From positions 1-64,000 of the IMG/VR virus record IMGVR_UViG_3300037400_001189: a stretch of 64,000 nucleotides of DNA; one strand, 5' to 3'. Position 1 is the first letter of the stretch. Every line of letters begins with the position of its first letter. Both the position numbers and the translations under genes were made by a program. The notes under the pieces were generated by a model. The model had not been told where the DNA came from, made no database searches, and saw nothing but the letters and a program-made list of their open reading frames with translations. Positions 12,001 through 19,038 of this stretch are shown piece by piece. Origin of the DNA: a virus (taxonomy: Duplodnaviria > Caudoviricetes).

Positions 12001-13104
12001 GAGAAGAATGGAGACGGTCTATGGGTTAGGGAAGACTGGCTCTATCAGATATTTGGCACTCCTGACATTTCTCTTGCAGATGCCAAGGTAATGCAGAAGG
12101 AAAATATGAGAGCTGCCAAATTTGGCATTAGGCTAGCTGAAAACATTGCCAAGGCAGTAGCCACTCTTGCCAAGGTAGCTATCGTATTCAAGAAGCCTCA
12201 GGTACTAGTAGGCAATGCCGTATCCAACTATCTGTTCCATATAATGAATGGACATAATCCAGTTACTGCAGCTGCTATGGATACCGAGAATCTGCAGCTA
12301 GTAATCAAGTACATGCAGACGGAAAAGGAAATCAACAGACTGGATATCAAGAAGGACATTGGAGAAGCTACTGCATCAGAAAAGGCTAAGCTTAACAGGC
12401 TAAGATCTGCTCTGGAGAACAATCCTATTCACAAGCTAGTTCAGGCAGGACTCTTCTCTGCAGTTGTAGAAGACAACAGCAAGAAGGATCAGGATGCCAT
12501 GAAGGCTATGCTTAGATACATTAGCGACAATCCAAAGATGCAGAAAATAGCCAAGTCTGCTTTAGGCGATGCATTCGACATGAAGACTGTAAAAGGAAAG
12601 ATTGCAGGACAGCTCTACATGAGAGAAGGAACTCCTCTCTATGACTTCATCTATGCAATGACCCAGTATTCAGACTTTGTATCCAGATGTACCGACTACC
12701 GCATTGGAATGAAGCAGATGCCTGAATCGTTCAGAGGCAATGCCGACATGAAGAGAAAGTATGAGACTGCTCTTATTCAGCAGATAAGAGACGACTACAT
12801 CAACTACGATTCTCCTCAGTCCAAAGCTATGAACTACGTCAATGCAGTAGGCTTGACATTCTTTACAAAATACTTTTTCAGAATTCAGAGAGTAATACGC
12901 AGAACAACCACTAGACGGCCACTAATGGCATTTAGTATGATGGCTGCCAATGCTCATTTCGATACGCCTGACAACATATTTGAACAAATGCCACTAAGCA
13001 AAAACTATGGAGCCATATTCCATACTCCATGGGGCAATGCTGCTGACTTGGTATTTCCACCTGCATTTGGTGCATACAATCCAGCAAACTGGTGGCCTTT
13101 CTAG
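4..13104 (+). CDS. Virion-encapsidated RNA polymerase (N4 gp50-like) with extra N-terminal-half modules
   Basis: T7-type motifs: SANGR (DxxGR-like, ~6760), motif A ENDSTTSG (~7255), motif B RNLMKPIIMIFGY (Rx3Kx7Y, ~7750), HFVDG, motif C IHDAF (~8857). Giant size and late-strand position match N4. The frame is open at the window edge (CAT at 1-3), so the true start may lie upstream. Confidence 0.9.
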   Translation: MRTSLYDMISDMVATTAANGMLSEDLNNVLKQLQDSLGVENNEQLKKELARYAEVYGSAAVGDKEGKTDEVFSRRNLVSSDYYENANDVENRAQRFEDLIQNLGGTKAEARKLLEEVAEENINDKNEGFNSSLAKAKQAREEGNTDVYDSEVRHMTDRVKSMVMKMQDITEGLRSNMNKGATTDSKGFLSDDKFTIQYGNEKDSSRRGEKAQFRTSFKKEAFNYSTRGGLFKTTDQIASEARYMAEQLDSLNLSDKQKADIKQQLDLLQEYENDINHMGYELHRGIRRGFNYEADTDGEAVLSEGETAKIKGAMEDYFHQYVTPNTGEKRLSPKEAVDLKKYVNTLSLGQLKAFQKSLDKQKDSIAYEGVSAAIKARESAKGIAASHAKWRGTHYQNGKYIRSLVKTTQTTEKGNEAKIDNMVNGTHVDAINNANILEAHHEQLQQRIAKLEAKKNRTKREEKKLNELKAKLKSTKERLGTLERVSDARAKTIYNQNVKAILENPTKISELIAQVYNANKAQDAKVNVRAIEKAIKMLRDTLHDASSMETDKAKLKDAKKALELLDKLLKRAEKTDRVLEGRDTIIHKLIDICSKENLRNLSDINFLKALKQSMEKFKDKLGDRLEAYKGPYKEALYNLAYKIRLIERSDEKLARGIIYDINHNGDLDDLKSRAVDYEKKIAKLQARKSLSPEEQKTLDRYKQYSSAIAKQTKKLEDRANEFENKLPDRPDIFAINDIDELEDLDRTVVNSLAQLYDLKSEFYGNKLAIQKVMEVRKDIQAKIAELSEKQDASESPQNGSELTETGQDEQSTTDTQEGSQNGSEGSETVFEDDASVSKSLENLKTKYSTALGKAGLEKEQVNAVVEVLINNAKILADAFGMSVEDYLNTRFAGFQNMSQKEFEEKYSDVLYQDAWHGSPFDFNEFKTSAIGTGEGAQIHGWGLYFAASKDISEAYRKRLTNSVKVLYKGEDIANDADLFLTLSQIYNLINTNTIKDQDTLQTELAKELDILIKDEQEFFDAIKNDDDQSGSEFVDEKLKYLNDLKDNINEFKYVKNEDEKGQLFKVDIPENDVLLDEGLKLNKQPKKVIEAIKQIPPIKKIIDTNPYYLEQHTGRNLYDKLIDFFFEQTDTYKEIKEEYTGEKRRALRRKLYEARESQIGPLSKQASLLLNNYGIEGITYEGGRDGRCFVVFDDKAVKVLEKYYQRKRGQEAKGATTISANQSLITLFEKGDVSTALHETSHFFLNEVRELIKSGKAPKWMQSVWSTLQNQYSFDGLLDGTDNKSVKSWTRVQERFARDFEAYMREGKAPKPELQSIFDACKKWLKAIYKTIRSLLGKNKLSPEIRQAFDALFTGEFKGDENVAVESALETLNVWHATGENANLSNLALRPFDYEGRHYQSVEHAYQSLKSGSFDEAIYNDPRWSNAGTKIQGRKGTDKKTNLQLMKNLILESFKQNDSAREELLATGNAKFTHKRPNGSNGIWETEFPRILEEVREELKDYQPEIDNSDVYTLEQNLQQFLDTYQEIDESLLPEDIRNILTEISDRMDEVSKYANDPAISKYYGTLQKLYHDYEQLLKEAVANDNSSVSTTSTSTSIDVTLPELSSDPKEAAIEAQIQEVIKKYWNLDPDQPSGYFAKAIDEILDAYGLTAKLSAEKSSIYNELYIQLSDQYNTAFYEALDREAEAKRNKRDKIENTPRENETTEQLRKRLIVGGTEETDEADSEAEQERKYHQLHFPKHITSRWSQKALNGAFRDIKNIRNIFGAKESSMTLHGLPDSIIPDNWRDYQDDPESPLYRDAPLGKLVALAVDSLSKILVTYHFSKDTPLTRWDSKKKKYVPITELNGILNNVLRNAPHVQLLYQPDLSTMEIGRNYKGFKSSYIMDAMINPNTAVAIILGVAELFANRSVSSIFNPKTNEEIASAFGMNPDNIDPMDLQVFTKVANKYGVFKKNISTTLGHLIMDNLGLKRGNKLEEESYTIYDNSVAALGNVGLLLAEELGFITSTRVYTGEFPTAPSPTASQQEKDAFQREVSKYLKSRHLDELDITPEQAVHLGLGQSNVRYFYKYNESQETDNAVKELWLGPVVDTADKGEYLGDSAPVYTREEKFGAKSFKAGRDTLTRTPLLNAKDVHNSPTRRKQPNFKLTENRMRVLNEESKAPYYINTPILDEILKTCDGNETKMRKLLLTRMGWDSRIEDDDFDDLSYDEKTKIKGKNENLERELDAFLDYARLQKDLESEGKFFGYFFRYFGSANGRSFMDTNTLNPQTSKAFPRFLCQPETTYQAYDLNDANDIQCELFAVAQAFDCLKSYYSSKENESRNGVSLAGKLLGLDVVNGDIADIQKRLETLRGIQRDLILNDSDTNADKYSKIGWNGGFENFGQAVVAIDHCVRRLEAVLAKGGKTEGATISSYLSVENDSTTSGYVIKFLLMPLDKDLLAEYGLKIGYLNHALIQNNPNFSSAFKERIKGYTSIDQLKADPEFLDIYKTGAVEMVNEYESMKREAEKKQETLGEVAFNSLCTVESNDKEDDTRELNSFGKKVDNAGIDAVDVDRAIKTVEAAIPHPEKDPKTGLWKVSSVLRNLMKPIIMIFGYNASNESCEKRFGEAVMDEHIKIFVNLYNKQGIYGSKGKAVLAPIAYDLYKGKRSKEEIDAIFNFMTDIAQRVTGYKNQKSAIDKLVKALRAKSPYAIKFKSIARDQVGVYNTISVAEWYKLVVGGTFGKAVTKFLDKKFGAYGKANRHLNNASKITFKLYSHVRNALIKQRLAKLIEQDGNPDASDAAKSRIQSLKKKYASQVAKNGNKLSVNFMGISDLKTREVRVIDNICRPLLPVFQMPETDADKVNPKTGAVVSTNIRSVDTASADLSNSSAATPIKSRDIDGNSMPEYVPRSDNEADGYKFENDTLNSYGDITEFSSGDRMLAVLLIHFVDGVLAEHTMDHMLQLKKYLTVIHDAFVLSAKDGKFLDQGFNEALAKVCEYFNPFEIVAIALNQMKKTSLEICEKNGIPDFDFRAPLNPKRFGSKLFNPTYGQVQHEVIELSKLVRNIKREIFNSNDQIILANLGGDTGGQYTIAGTAKVPGVGNEVSTLTAQEKAQAESSALGSRASAWKDKYDIQRIEQEANSSKEGRAKIFQSLNEWDEAEGPVKNDEEYLKQAQELLNEINPERFTNLQYEEAVSQQDAEAKGVYFTGRDGSQRRVTVIKPTAIANEADRKNRLASRQLSAAAVYMHEMIHPAVSEAIANPDLYGVTREVSVLREFYNAVADKIDYTFFRPDNYDSLTEAEKKLADESAQKYYDYMFNSTDKDTLGGFQEFIANALSDPRMIKLLKGMDASAYSEEYRGKNFFEKIFYIVKHIFKAMFGNEESKGKVLRTMGTLGLESKRQGSIYDAMRNLTVQISYANAYAANKMQNGKLSKLENVFEALNSAAQVIKPVNDFVSDKIKWAFDLGGVSNRFERTYKSLEEIIRAQGITEGSSKMDTLKTLLMCPFSHNMRVALADTLIDCCSLGQRSTFAHFIRDISDKDDATRQLEGLASLRNNIDRMSRGAGAAYAANILDSFGGTISDEDSIACTKIGVACDLQSLLTNGYSIEEIQKLSSGDGIEEAIASHEAAIAKHYENDKHGREKTTWTRNQCIGLAHFMNTNKGNPAQCLNAYAIARGFLCTWKNDKADEKLIGHIDCLTSLIAMQNADPSHRLAISKMNSKGLKTVLECHRSLIGKAFDAGYIERAHMIKGWHSSIIDDTKDYAVAPVDPATVKAMADDGYKLNTELPVDGMTNAVMGFYIKSVTTPQHRQGAALQITGKRAIGQSLNSFMESNEHIIGDRRDYITRQIKKAHFIRTKMQARMETLDGLSYEDFDNRGLVGSYYTPVISPNGDVTDFRITMFNDFKDAVMNRNNNICDVMSKMAMTNTVKTSAGGQNTNIVHFLIDDMEKNMDPDTHRARRQFENLGEVVLGSKELRNKHDIKYVRVRIDPDSEFAAPDVPAAIIPEEMREAMRRLEKNGDGLWVREDWLYQIFGTPDISLADAKVMQKENMRAAKFGIRLAENIAKAVATLAKVAIVFKKPQVLVGNAVSNYLFHIMNGHNPVTAAAMDTENLQLVIKYMQTEKEINRLDIKKDIGEATASEKAKLNRLRSALENNPIHKLVQAGLFSAVVEDNSKKDQDAMKAMLRYISDNPKMQKIAKSALGDAFDMKTVKGKIAGQLYMREGTPLYDFIYAMTQYSDFVSRCTDYRIGMKQMPESFRGNADMKRKYETALIQQIRDDYINYDSPQSKAMNYVNAVGLTFFTKYFFRIQRVIRRTTTRRPLMAFSMMAANAHFDTPDNIFEQMPLSKNYGAIFHTPWGNAADLVFPPAFGAYNPANWWPF

Positions 13105-13116
13105 GAGGATAAATAC

Positions 13117-13473
13117 ATGCAAGGATTAGCAGGTAGCAATGATGCTAAAAGATATCAGAAACAGCCTTACAAGATGCCTGATGAGCCTATCTTGGACTAT
13201 AGCAAAAATTCACTAAGCAACATGGATAAATTGCCAGACATAGAAAAGATTCCTGATCTTGAATCTAGTGAAGGTCTTGTAGACAAGAGAAAAATTCCTA
13301 ATGGAGTTAAAGATGAGCTAGGTGCAAGTCCTGATGAACTAATGGCTTCTGTTGAAGACAAAAAGCAGTCTGGCAAGAAGAAAAAGAAGAAGAGAAGGAA
13401 GAGTGCTCCTGATGAAGTAGATGATTCCGATTCTGATATTAAGAACCTAGTAGATGAGGCTAGTGAGTTGTAA
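13117..13473 (+). CDS. Hypothetical protein, charged, with a Lys/Arg tract
   Basis: GGAGG SD upstream; directly follows vRNAP. Confidence 0.7.
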   Translation: MQGLAGSNDAKRYQKQPYKMPDEPILDYSKNSLSNMDKLPDIEKIPDLESSEGLVDKRKIPNGVKDELGASPDELMASVEDKKQSGKKKKKKRRKSAPDEVDDSDSDIKNLVDEASEL

Positions 13474-14165
13474 TGGCTAAAGAATATGAATTTAATCCAT
13501 ACTTTAAATGGGGGTTAGCAAAACCAGAGGAGGTATTGTATCCTTCAAATCTGTCTGACGATTATTCAGATACAGTTTCTACCAGCTACTTAAATGGTGC
13601 TTTTAACGATAGGCTTACTCCTAGAGAACTAGCAACTAAGTATGCATGGCTAGCAAATAAAGGCAAAGATTTTAGCTATCCGGGTAATTCTTATGACTAT
13701 AACTTAAATGGATTTGTTAAGCATAATTTAGCTAGACAGCAGAATAGTGCCGTAGGAGGCAATGGTCATTTGGATGATTCTGGAAAGAAATGGAACCATT
13801 TTACTCCTAGCACTGGAGCTCTTATTAGCGATGAAAGAATGCTAGGTCTTGCTAGACCTACTGGAGAAGTAGGACAATGGATAGACCTTGATTTAAATAA
13901 GCCTGATGTAAGAAATTATTATAGAAGTCTATCTCCTGAAGGACAAAGACTAGTAAGACAAATGGCTAGAGATGGAGCTATAGGTGGATACATAACTGGT
14001 AGAGCTAACATGCATGGCAATAAACCTCTTCAAAGATATTTTGATGAAAGAGAAGAAGGATATATTCTTTTAGATCCTAGAAGACCTGAATATTCTTCAT
14101 CTATAGAATATCCTTCAAATTATGAATTAATAAATAAACAGCATACTGGTTTAGAAAGAAGGTAA
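13473..14165 (+). CDS. Hypothetical protein (230 aa)
   Basis: TAATG-coupled to the previous ORF; ends at the terminator. Confidence 0.7.
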   Translation: MAKEYEFNPYFKWGLAKPEEVLYPSNLSDDYSDTVSTSYLNGAFNDRLTPRELATKYAWLANKGKDFSYPGNSYDYNLNGFVKHNLARQQNSAVGGNGHLDDSGKKWNHFTPSTGALISDERMLGLARPTGEVGQWIDLDLNKPDVRNYYRSLSPEGQRLVRQMARDGAIGGYITGRANMHGNKPLQRYFDEREEGYILLDPRRPEYSSSIEYPSNYELINKQHTGLERR

Positions 14166-14171
14166 TAAAAT

Positions 14172-14197
14172 AAACCCCCTCTTTTCAGAGGGGGTTT
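14172..14197. terminator. Bidirectional intrinsic terminator at the late/middle convergence
   Basis: aaaccccctct-tttc-agagggggttt, with an A-rich run on the left and a T-rich run on the right. Confidence 0.9.
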
Positions 14198-14205
14198 CTT
14201 TTTAT

Positions 14206-14361
14206 CTACTTCATCTCAATCATGAGCTTTGGCTCTTCAAGCATCTGCCTTACTTCCTGAAGGCATTCCATGAAGGTTCTCATGTCTACTGTCTTGTCGT
14301 CAATTTCTTTTCCTTTATCAAGCATCTTGTTAATCATTAGCTTTAAAGTATCTAATACCAT
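14206..14361 (-). CDS. Small hypothetical protein (51 aa, MVLDTLKLMINK...)
   Basis: Translated by hand; GAGGG SD; fills the gap after the endolysin. Confidence 0.5.
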   Translation of the reverse strand: MVLDTLKLMINKMLDKGKEIDDKTVDMRTFMECLQEVRQMLEEPKLMIEMK

Positions 14362-14370
14362 ATGACCCTC

Positions 14371-14925
14371 CTACAGGCACTTAACTGCAAGACGTTCACA
14401 TGCATTAGTCCTGTTCAGCCATCCTTTTAGAAATTTCTTTTGGGTAGGTTTCTTTGCAGCTAGTCCATTATAGAACTTCCGTCTCTGGTCACAGAATCTG
14501 GCAATAATCTGAGATACAGGCATTGATTCTGCTGCAGCAATAGTCTTGGGACCAATAATGCCGTCATCTGCAGCATTTACAGCTCTCTGTAGAAGCTTGT
14601 TAGTTTGTCTGCATCCACAGTTTACATTGCTGTCAAACATCATCATTGCAACAATGGGATGAAACCTTTCAAGCCTAGGCTTGTCCCAGAATTCTTTCTT
14701 GAAGATTTCCTTAGCATCCTGCTTAGTGACTGCAATGACATCCCTGCGGTCTACAACACCGTCATGGTTGATGTCACCGCCTCCTCTAGTGCCTAGGTCT
14801 CTAAGAAATTCCATGCAGACTCCGTATTTAGTTTCTCCGCCTGCATCATATTTGTCATTGGAATATACTCCTTCCCATTCGGCTACATGAGCCATTGCTT
14901 TTTCAAATGCTTCTTCATGCGTCAT
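14371..14925 (-). CDS. Endolysin, glycoside hydrolase family 108 with a C-terminal peptidoglycan-binding domain
   Basis: EGVYSNDKYDAGGETKYGV, FDSNVNCG, DGIIGPKT, FLKGWLNR. Confidence 0.9.
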   Translation of the reverse strand: MTHEEAFEKAMAHVAEWEGVYSNDKYDAGGETKYGVCMEFLRDLGTRGGGDINHDGVVDRRDVIAVTKQDAKEIFKKEFWDKPRLERFHPIVAMMMFDSNVNCGCRQTNKLLQRAVNAADDGIIGPKTIAAAESMPVSQIIARFCDQRRKFYNGLAAKKPTQKKFLKGWLNRTNACERLAVKCL

Positions 14926-15449
14926 GATTTACCCTCATAGTTTACAATGTCAAAAAGTACGTCTGTATCTTCTTCCCATCCATGCAGATAGCTGTTCCAT
15001 GATTCTACATGATCTACAATTATGTCCTGAAGAGCTCCATAGGATAGTGCTTCCCATTGAGCAAACTTTCGTACATCTATGGTATCATTGATGTAGCCGA
15101 AAGTATGCTTTAGAGCTTCCTTCAAGTCAAAGGAAAAGGCATATTTTCCTGTTCCTCCTGCCTTCAGTTCATCAAGCCTCTGCTGTGCAAGAATTCTGCC
15201 TATCTTCCTGTCCCATCTGTCTTCAGGATTTCTTAATGCAAAGCCTACGTCTACATATACCTCTCCTGAAGAGTTGGGAGGATTGACGGAATATGCAATG
15301 GAAGCACATGGAAGATACGATTCGAGATGCAGCCTGTAGAATTCATCGCTGAATTTCTCTACATTGTCTTCTCCTACATACATTGCACTATGCTGTCCCG
15401 GATAGGAGGAAGGCTTTGGATAGATATACTTAACTGTATTGAACTGCAT
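14922..15449 (-). CDS. Hypothetical phage protein
   Basis: Coupled ORF; GFALRNPEDRWDRKIGR segment resembles common phage proteins. Confidence 0.7.
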   Translation of the reverse strand: MQFNTVKYIYPKPSSYPGQHSAMYVGEDNVEKFSDEFYRLHLESYLPCASIAYSVNPPNSSGEVYVDVGFALRNPEDRWDRKIGRILAQQRLDELKAGGTGKYAFSFDLKEALKHTFGYINDTIDVRKFAQWEALSYGALQDIIVDHVESWNSYLHGWEEDTDVLFDIVNYEGKS

Positions 15450-16018
15450 TAGATAACTCCTAGAATCTTAGCTGCAAGAGCAACACTCCACTTAAGAGTG
15501 GAATGTTTGCTTACCATTTCATACTGGTAGACATCTTCCTTGTATGCCTTGGCAGTAGGACAATATCTTACGATAGGATCTTTTACCTGATAGCCTAGAT
15601 TGATTAAAGCCTTGTTAATTATCTGTGCACTGCACTTAATGTTAAAATTAGTCTTGATGTATTCTGCCATCTCTTTTGGAGTAAGCATTTCATTATCTTT
15701 AGGCATGTTTGCTTCCATTACAGACTTGGCAGCATCAACGGCACTATTAATCTGCTCTTTCTGATTTTCTGAAGATACGCTGTTCAGAATTTCTGCAATT
15801 TCATTGCATGCATTCGCAAGATCATCTTCCGTCATGGTAAGTAGTGCAGCTAGAATATATGAACTGTTTTCAGAGAATTTAGTTTTGCTTAGCATAACCA
15901 TGAAATCATTATAGTCTTCTCCAGAACAGGTATAGAAAGCTTCTGCTGCATTGACTATGCCGTCAGAATAGAGCTTCATAAGCAGTTCAGTAGTCATTTT
16001 CTCCATAAGAACCCCCAA
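15449..16018 (-). CDS. DNA-binding protein with a KilAC/antirepressor-like C-terminus
   Basis: LTPKEMAE...SAQIINKALINLGYQ...PTAKA resembles the KilAC domain. Confidence 0.5.
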   Translation of the reverse strand: MGVLMEKMTTELLMKLYSDGIVNAAEAFYTCSGEDYNDFMVMLSKTKFSENSSYILAALLTMTEDDLANACNEIAEILNSVSSENQKEQINSAVDAAKSVMEANMPKDNEMLTPKEMAEYIKTNFNIKCSAQIINKALINLGYQVKDPIVRYCPTAKAYKEDVYQYEMVSKHSTLKWSVALAAKILGVI

Positions 16019-16024
16019 ATAAAT

Positions 16025-16052
16025 AAGCCTCCTATATTGCTATAGGAGGCTT
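16025..16052 (-). terminator. Intrinsic terminator after SSB
   Basis: aagcctcctata-ttgc-tataggaggctt, with an A-rich run on the left (+). Confidence 0.75.
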
Positions 16053-16096
16053 TGCTAAGGCATGTTGTTCTTTCTATTCTATACTTTTATCATTAT

Positions 16097-16792
16097 CTAT
16101 TTCTTGATTGAGAATGATCTCTTTCCTGCAGCTGGCTTTGAAGCAGCCTTAGCAGAAGTGTCTCTACCACTCCTGCGAGAATTAATCCAGTCCTGTATGT
16201 CAGTTTCGGTAAGATCATCCTTGTAAACAGTCTTGTCAGCATAGGCCATTTCCTTCTCATACTGCTTTGCTTCTTCAGAACCATTAATGATTTCAGAAGC
16301 AGTTAGATGCGTAATGGAATCAAAGAAGTTCTTGATACGCTTTTTCTGCTGAATCTCTCCATTATAAAGAGAATACTCCATCTGAATCCTGACAGTGATG
16401 GGAGCATCTTCAAACTGTTCAAGAACAGCACAGTCCTTCATTGCACCACCAGCACCGATAGGACATTTCTTTTCAACAGGATCGTCAATTTCAATCTCTT
16501 CTCCACCACCTAGAATGATGCAGAGCTTGTTAAACAGAGATGCCTCAAAGTTCTCTGAACCATCCTTGTTGGTAAGACGGATTGCAGTATAGATGGTCTG
16601 AGGCTGACCGTCATATTCAAAGAATAGATTGATATACTCAGAACCGGATGGAGACCTGTCTACAATGACTTCCTTGATAAGAATGTCATAGATGCCAGAC
16701 TTGTTGATGTACTTGCTGCCATTGCCGTCAGTATCGCGAACTGCTTCTGCGTCCTTTTTAACCTTGAAAAATGCCATAGCTAAATCCTCCAC
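16097..16792 (-). CDS. Single-stranded DNA-binding protein (N4 gp45-like position)
   Basis: OB-fold-like YINKSGIYDILIKEV...YINLFF; follows the Sak4-like ATPase as in N4. Confidence 0.7.
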   Translation of the reverse strand: MEDLAMAFFKVKKDAEAVRDTDGNGSKYINKSGIYDILIKEVIVDRSPSGSEYINLFFEYDGQPQTIYTAIRLTNKDGSENFEASLFNKLCIILGGGEEIEIDDPVEKKCPIGAGGAMKDCAVLEQFEDAPITVRIQMEYSLYNGEIQQKKRIKNFFDSITHLTASEIINGSEEAKQYEKEMAYADKTVYKDDLTETDIQDWINSRRSGRDTSAKAASKPAAGKRSFSIKK

Positions 16793-17439
16793 TGATCAGC
16801 AATGCTGTCAGCTTTCTGTTGTAAAAGGTTGAGATATTCCTGCAGATTAAACTGTTCTACAGGTTCCTTGTCGGGAAGAGAATCAATAAGAGTCCTGCAC
16901 ATGTTGCTTCCTCTATGATGGATGATTCTCTTTGTTCCCTGCATGTCCAGATAGACTGCTTCATCTACCGTTGATATGAATCCTCCAAGCTTTGCAAAGG
17001 AACCCTTTGCTACCTCAGAGTAGTTTCCTGTCTTTTCATCATAGGAGCAGTGAGCAATAAGAACTACGTTGAAGCCATTGGCATTCAGCTGATTAATGCA
17101 TTCACAGAATGCATTTACGTCCTTGTTGACATTGCTCCATACATCAAAGCCTTTGTACTTGTTTGAATTGAACGTCTCTATGTCAGTGAAGATTCTGGAT
17201 ACAGAATCAAAGCAGATAGTGTCTGGAGTCTGTCCAAACTTGTCTGCATACTTGCCTACCGCTTCTTCCACGGTATCAAGAAATGAATTGATTCCTTCAA
17301 ACTCCACTATGTTGACATGAGCCATAGGAAGACTGAAAGGCTTTCCATCATCTGCTATGACAAGAGCATTTTTCAGAGACTTCAGCAAAGTAGTCTTTCC
17401 TACATTTGAACGTCCAATGATAAGAATCTTTGCAGGCAT
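16780..17439 (-). CDS. Sak4/AAA_24-like ATPase (N4 gp44-like)
   Basis: Walker A GRSNVGKTT; CFDSVS; VVLIAH. Confidence 0.8.
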   Translation of the reverse strand: MPAKILIIGRSNVGKTTLLKSLKNALVIADDGKPFSLPMAHVNIVEFEGINSFLDTVEEAVGKYADKFGQTPDTICFDSVSRIFTDIETFNSNKYKGFDVWSNVNKDVNAFCECINQLNANGFNVVLIAHCSYDEKTGNYSEVAKGSFAKLGGFISTVDEAVYLDMQGTKRIIHHRGSNMCRTLIDSLPDKEPVEQFNLQEYLNLLQQKADSIADQWRI

Positions 17440-18201
17440 CTATGCCTCCTTTAGTTTCATTGACTTGAACAGAAGGTATACAAGAGAAGGATCTTCCTTA
17501 GCCTTTAAGCATGTATCTGCTATGAGATCCATGCAGTCTTTGAACTGCTGTTCTAGTTCATAGTCTATGGCTTTATCTGCAACTAGACATCTGGCAGGAA
17601 GAGTCTTGGTAGGCTTAATGCCGTATATGAGCCTTAGACTGTCAACTATCTTGCCAGTCTTTCTCAATGCCCAAGCATAGGCCATCATCTGCATTAGATA
17701 CTTGAATGGAAACTGTTCGTTAGGAACTCTGGAGACATTCTTGTAGTCGCACAGTATAGTGCCTTCAAGCCTGTCATAAGTTCCCTTGATATAGATTCCA
17801 TCTCTGTATTCTACAGCTATTTTCTCTTCTAACCATAGATTCTTTGTCTGATGCTTTAGAACATATTCGTTCACTACAGCCATAGCTACGCTAGGATAGG
17901 TTGCCATCACTTCATCTATATTGACATCAGGATTGTCTGACATTTCAGCTATGAGTTGTGCATTTATCCCTTCCCTGTCTACAGGTTCTCCCTTGGATAC
18001 CTTTTCATAGATGTAGTGGCATATAGTTCCAGTTACAGAAGCAGTATTGCCTTTAAACTCTGGTTCTTCTCCTAAGAAATTCTCCCTGTACCATACAGGA
18101 GGATAGTCGAAGAACTTATATATACCGCTTGGTGATATTCCTATGCATCCTTCAGGAATGCTGGGAGATTCATATTGAAACAGATCACTGCAGTCTTGCA
18201 T
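17440..18201 (-). CDS. PD-(D/E)xK exonuclease
   Basis: ISPS...GTICH, E-K, KGTYD, CDYK, QMMAYAW. Confidence 0.75.
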   Translation of the reverse strand: MQDCSDLFQYESPSIPEGCIGISPSGIYKFFDYPPVWYRENFLGEEPEFKGNTASVTGTICHYIYEKVSKGEPVDREGINAQLIAEMSDNPDVNIDEVMATYPSVAMAVVNEYVLKHQTKNLWLEEKIAVEYRDGIYIKGTYDRLEGTILCDYKNVSRVPNEQFPFKYLMQMMAYAWALRKTGKIVDSLRLIYGIKPTKTLPARCLVADKAIDYELEQQFKDCMDLIADTCLKAKEDPSLVYLLFKSMKLKEA

Positions 18202-18469
18202 TGTATATCTCCAGAAAGAACTTGGCTAAGTCTGAAGGAGTCTTGCATTCAGCAAATGCCTTCTGCTGCTCCTTGTTGAATGAAAGCTCATTCTCTTCGT
18301 AGCCTAGCTCTTTTTCTACATCTACAAGAATATCCATTCTATCTAGTGAATCTAATTCCAAGTCTTCCTTAAGATCAGAATCAGGTTCTGCATGCTTTTC
18401 AAATAAATTGTATATTATTCTGCATATTAGTGCAGTCATTGAATCTTGGCTGTATTTTTTTGTAGCCAT
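18185..18469 (-). CDS. acpP: Acyl carrier protein
   Basis: 94 aa, acidic; DLKEDLELDSLDRMDILVDVEKELG matches the ACP consensus including the phosphopantetheine Ser; T-x-x-D-L at the C-terminus. Confidence 0.8.
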   Translation of the reverse strand: MATKKYSQDSMTALICRIIYNLFEKHAEPDSDLKEDLELDSLDRMDILVDVEKELGYEENELSFNKEQQKAFAECKTPSDLAKFFLEIYNARLQ

Positions 18470-18921
18470 AAGGTTAAGTCCTCCTCTATTTCTCCATTGT
18501 CTAGCTTGAACAGTCTCTGATTGGTATTGGGAGACTGCAGTCCTCCAAGTTCCTTCATATAGGGACCTACTTTGAGATAGTCCAGATAGTCCATATATTC
18601 GGTGCCTTCAAAGAAGGCTAGCTCCTGTCCGCTGTACAGTGCAGTCTTTTTTTCAGGATAGCCTCCTTTGACATATTTTATGAAGTTTATAAGAGAACTG
18701 TCCCATTCTCCTCCCATGAAGAGAACACAGGTAGCTTTGTCATGCCTTTCCAGCATGTAGGATAAAGCTTCATAGGTGAATGGAGTTCCAAGCCTGTCAT
18801 CCCATAGAGGCTCCCAATGGCATCCTTCACAGTGAATTGGACAGCCTGTAAAGGATATGCCAAGAGATATCTCTTTCGGTATTTCATTAAGGTATATATC
18901 GCAGTCAAAGTAGCTTAGCAT
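18436..18921 (-). CDS. nrdG: Anaerobic ribonucleotide reductase activase (radical SAM)
   Basis: GCPIHCEGCH (CxxxCxxC), VLFMGGEW, YLKVGPY, TNQRL. Confidence 0.92.
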   Translation of the reverse strand: MLSYFDCDIYLNEIPKEISLGISFTGCPIHCEGCHWEPLWDDRLGTPFTYEALSYMLERHDKATCVLFMGGEWDSSLINFIKYVKGGYPEKKTALYSGQELAFFEGTEYMDYLDYLKVGPYMKELGGLQSPNTNQRLFKLDNGEIEEDLTLWLQKNTAKIQ

Positions 18922-19038
18922 GGCATACCTCCATATGCCTTAAAAACGCTCCAGAATCGTTTCTAAGCGACTTTGGAGCGTTTTATGATAAATCATACGT
19001 CTCTGCTTAAACAGAGCATTCTAGGGGCACTGCAGGGC

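Noticed and set aside
15449-16018. Temperate lifestyle inferred from the antirepressor-like domain
   Set aside because: No integrase, repressor or partition genes; KilAC-like domains also occur in lytic phages
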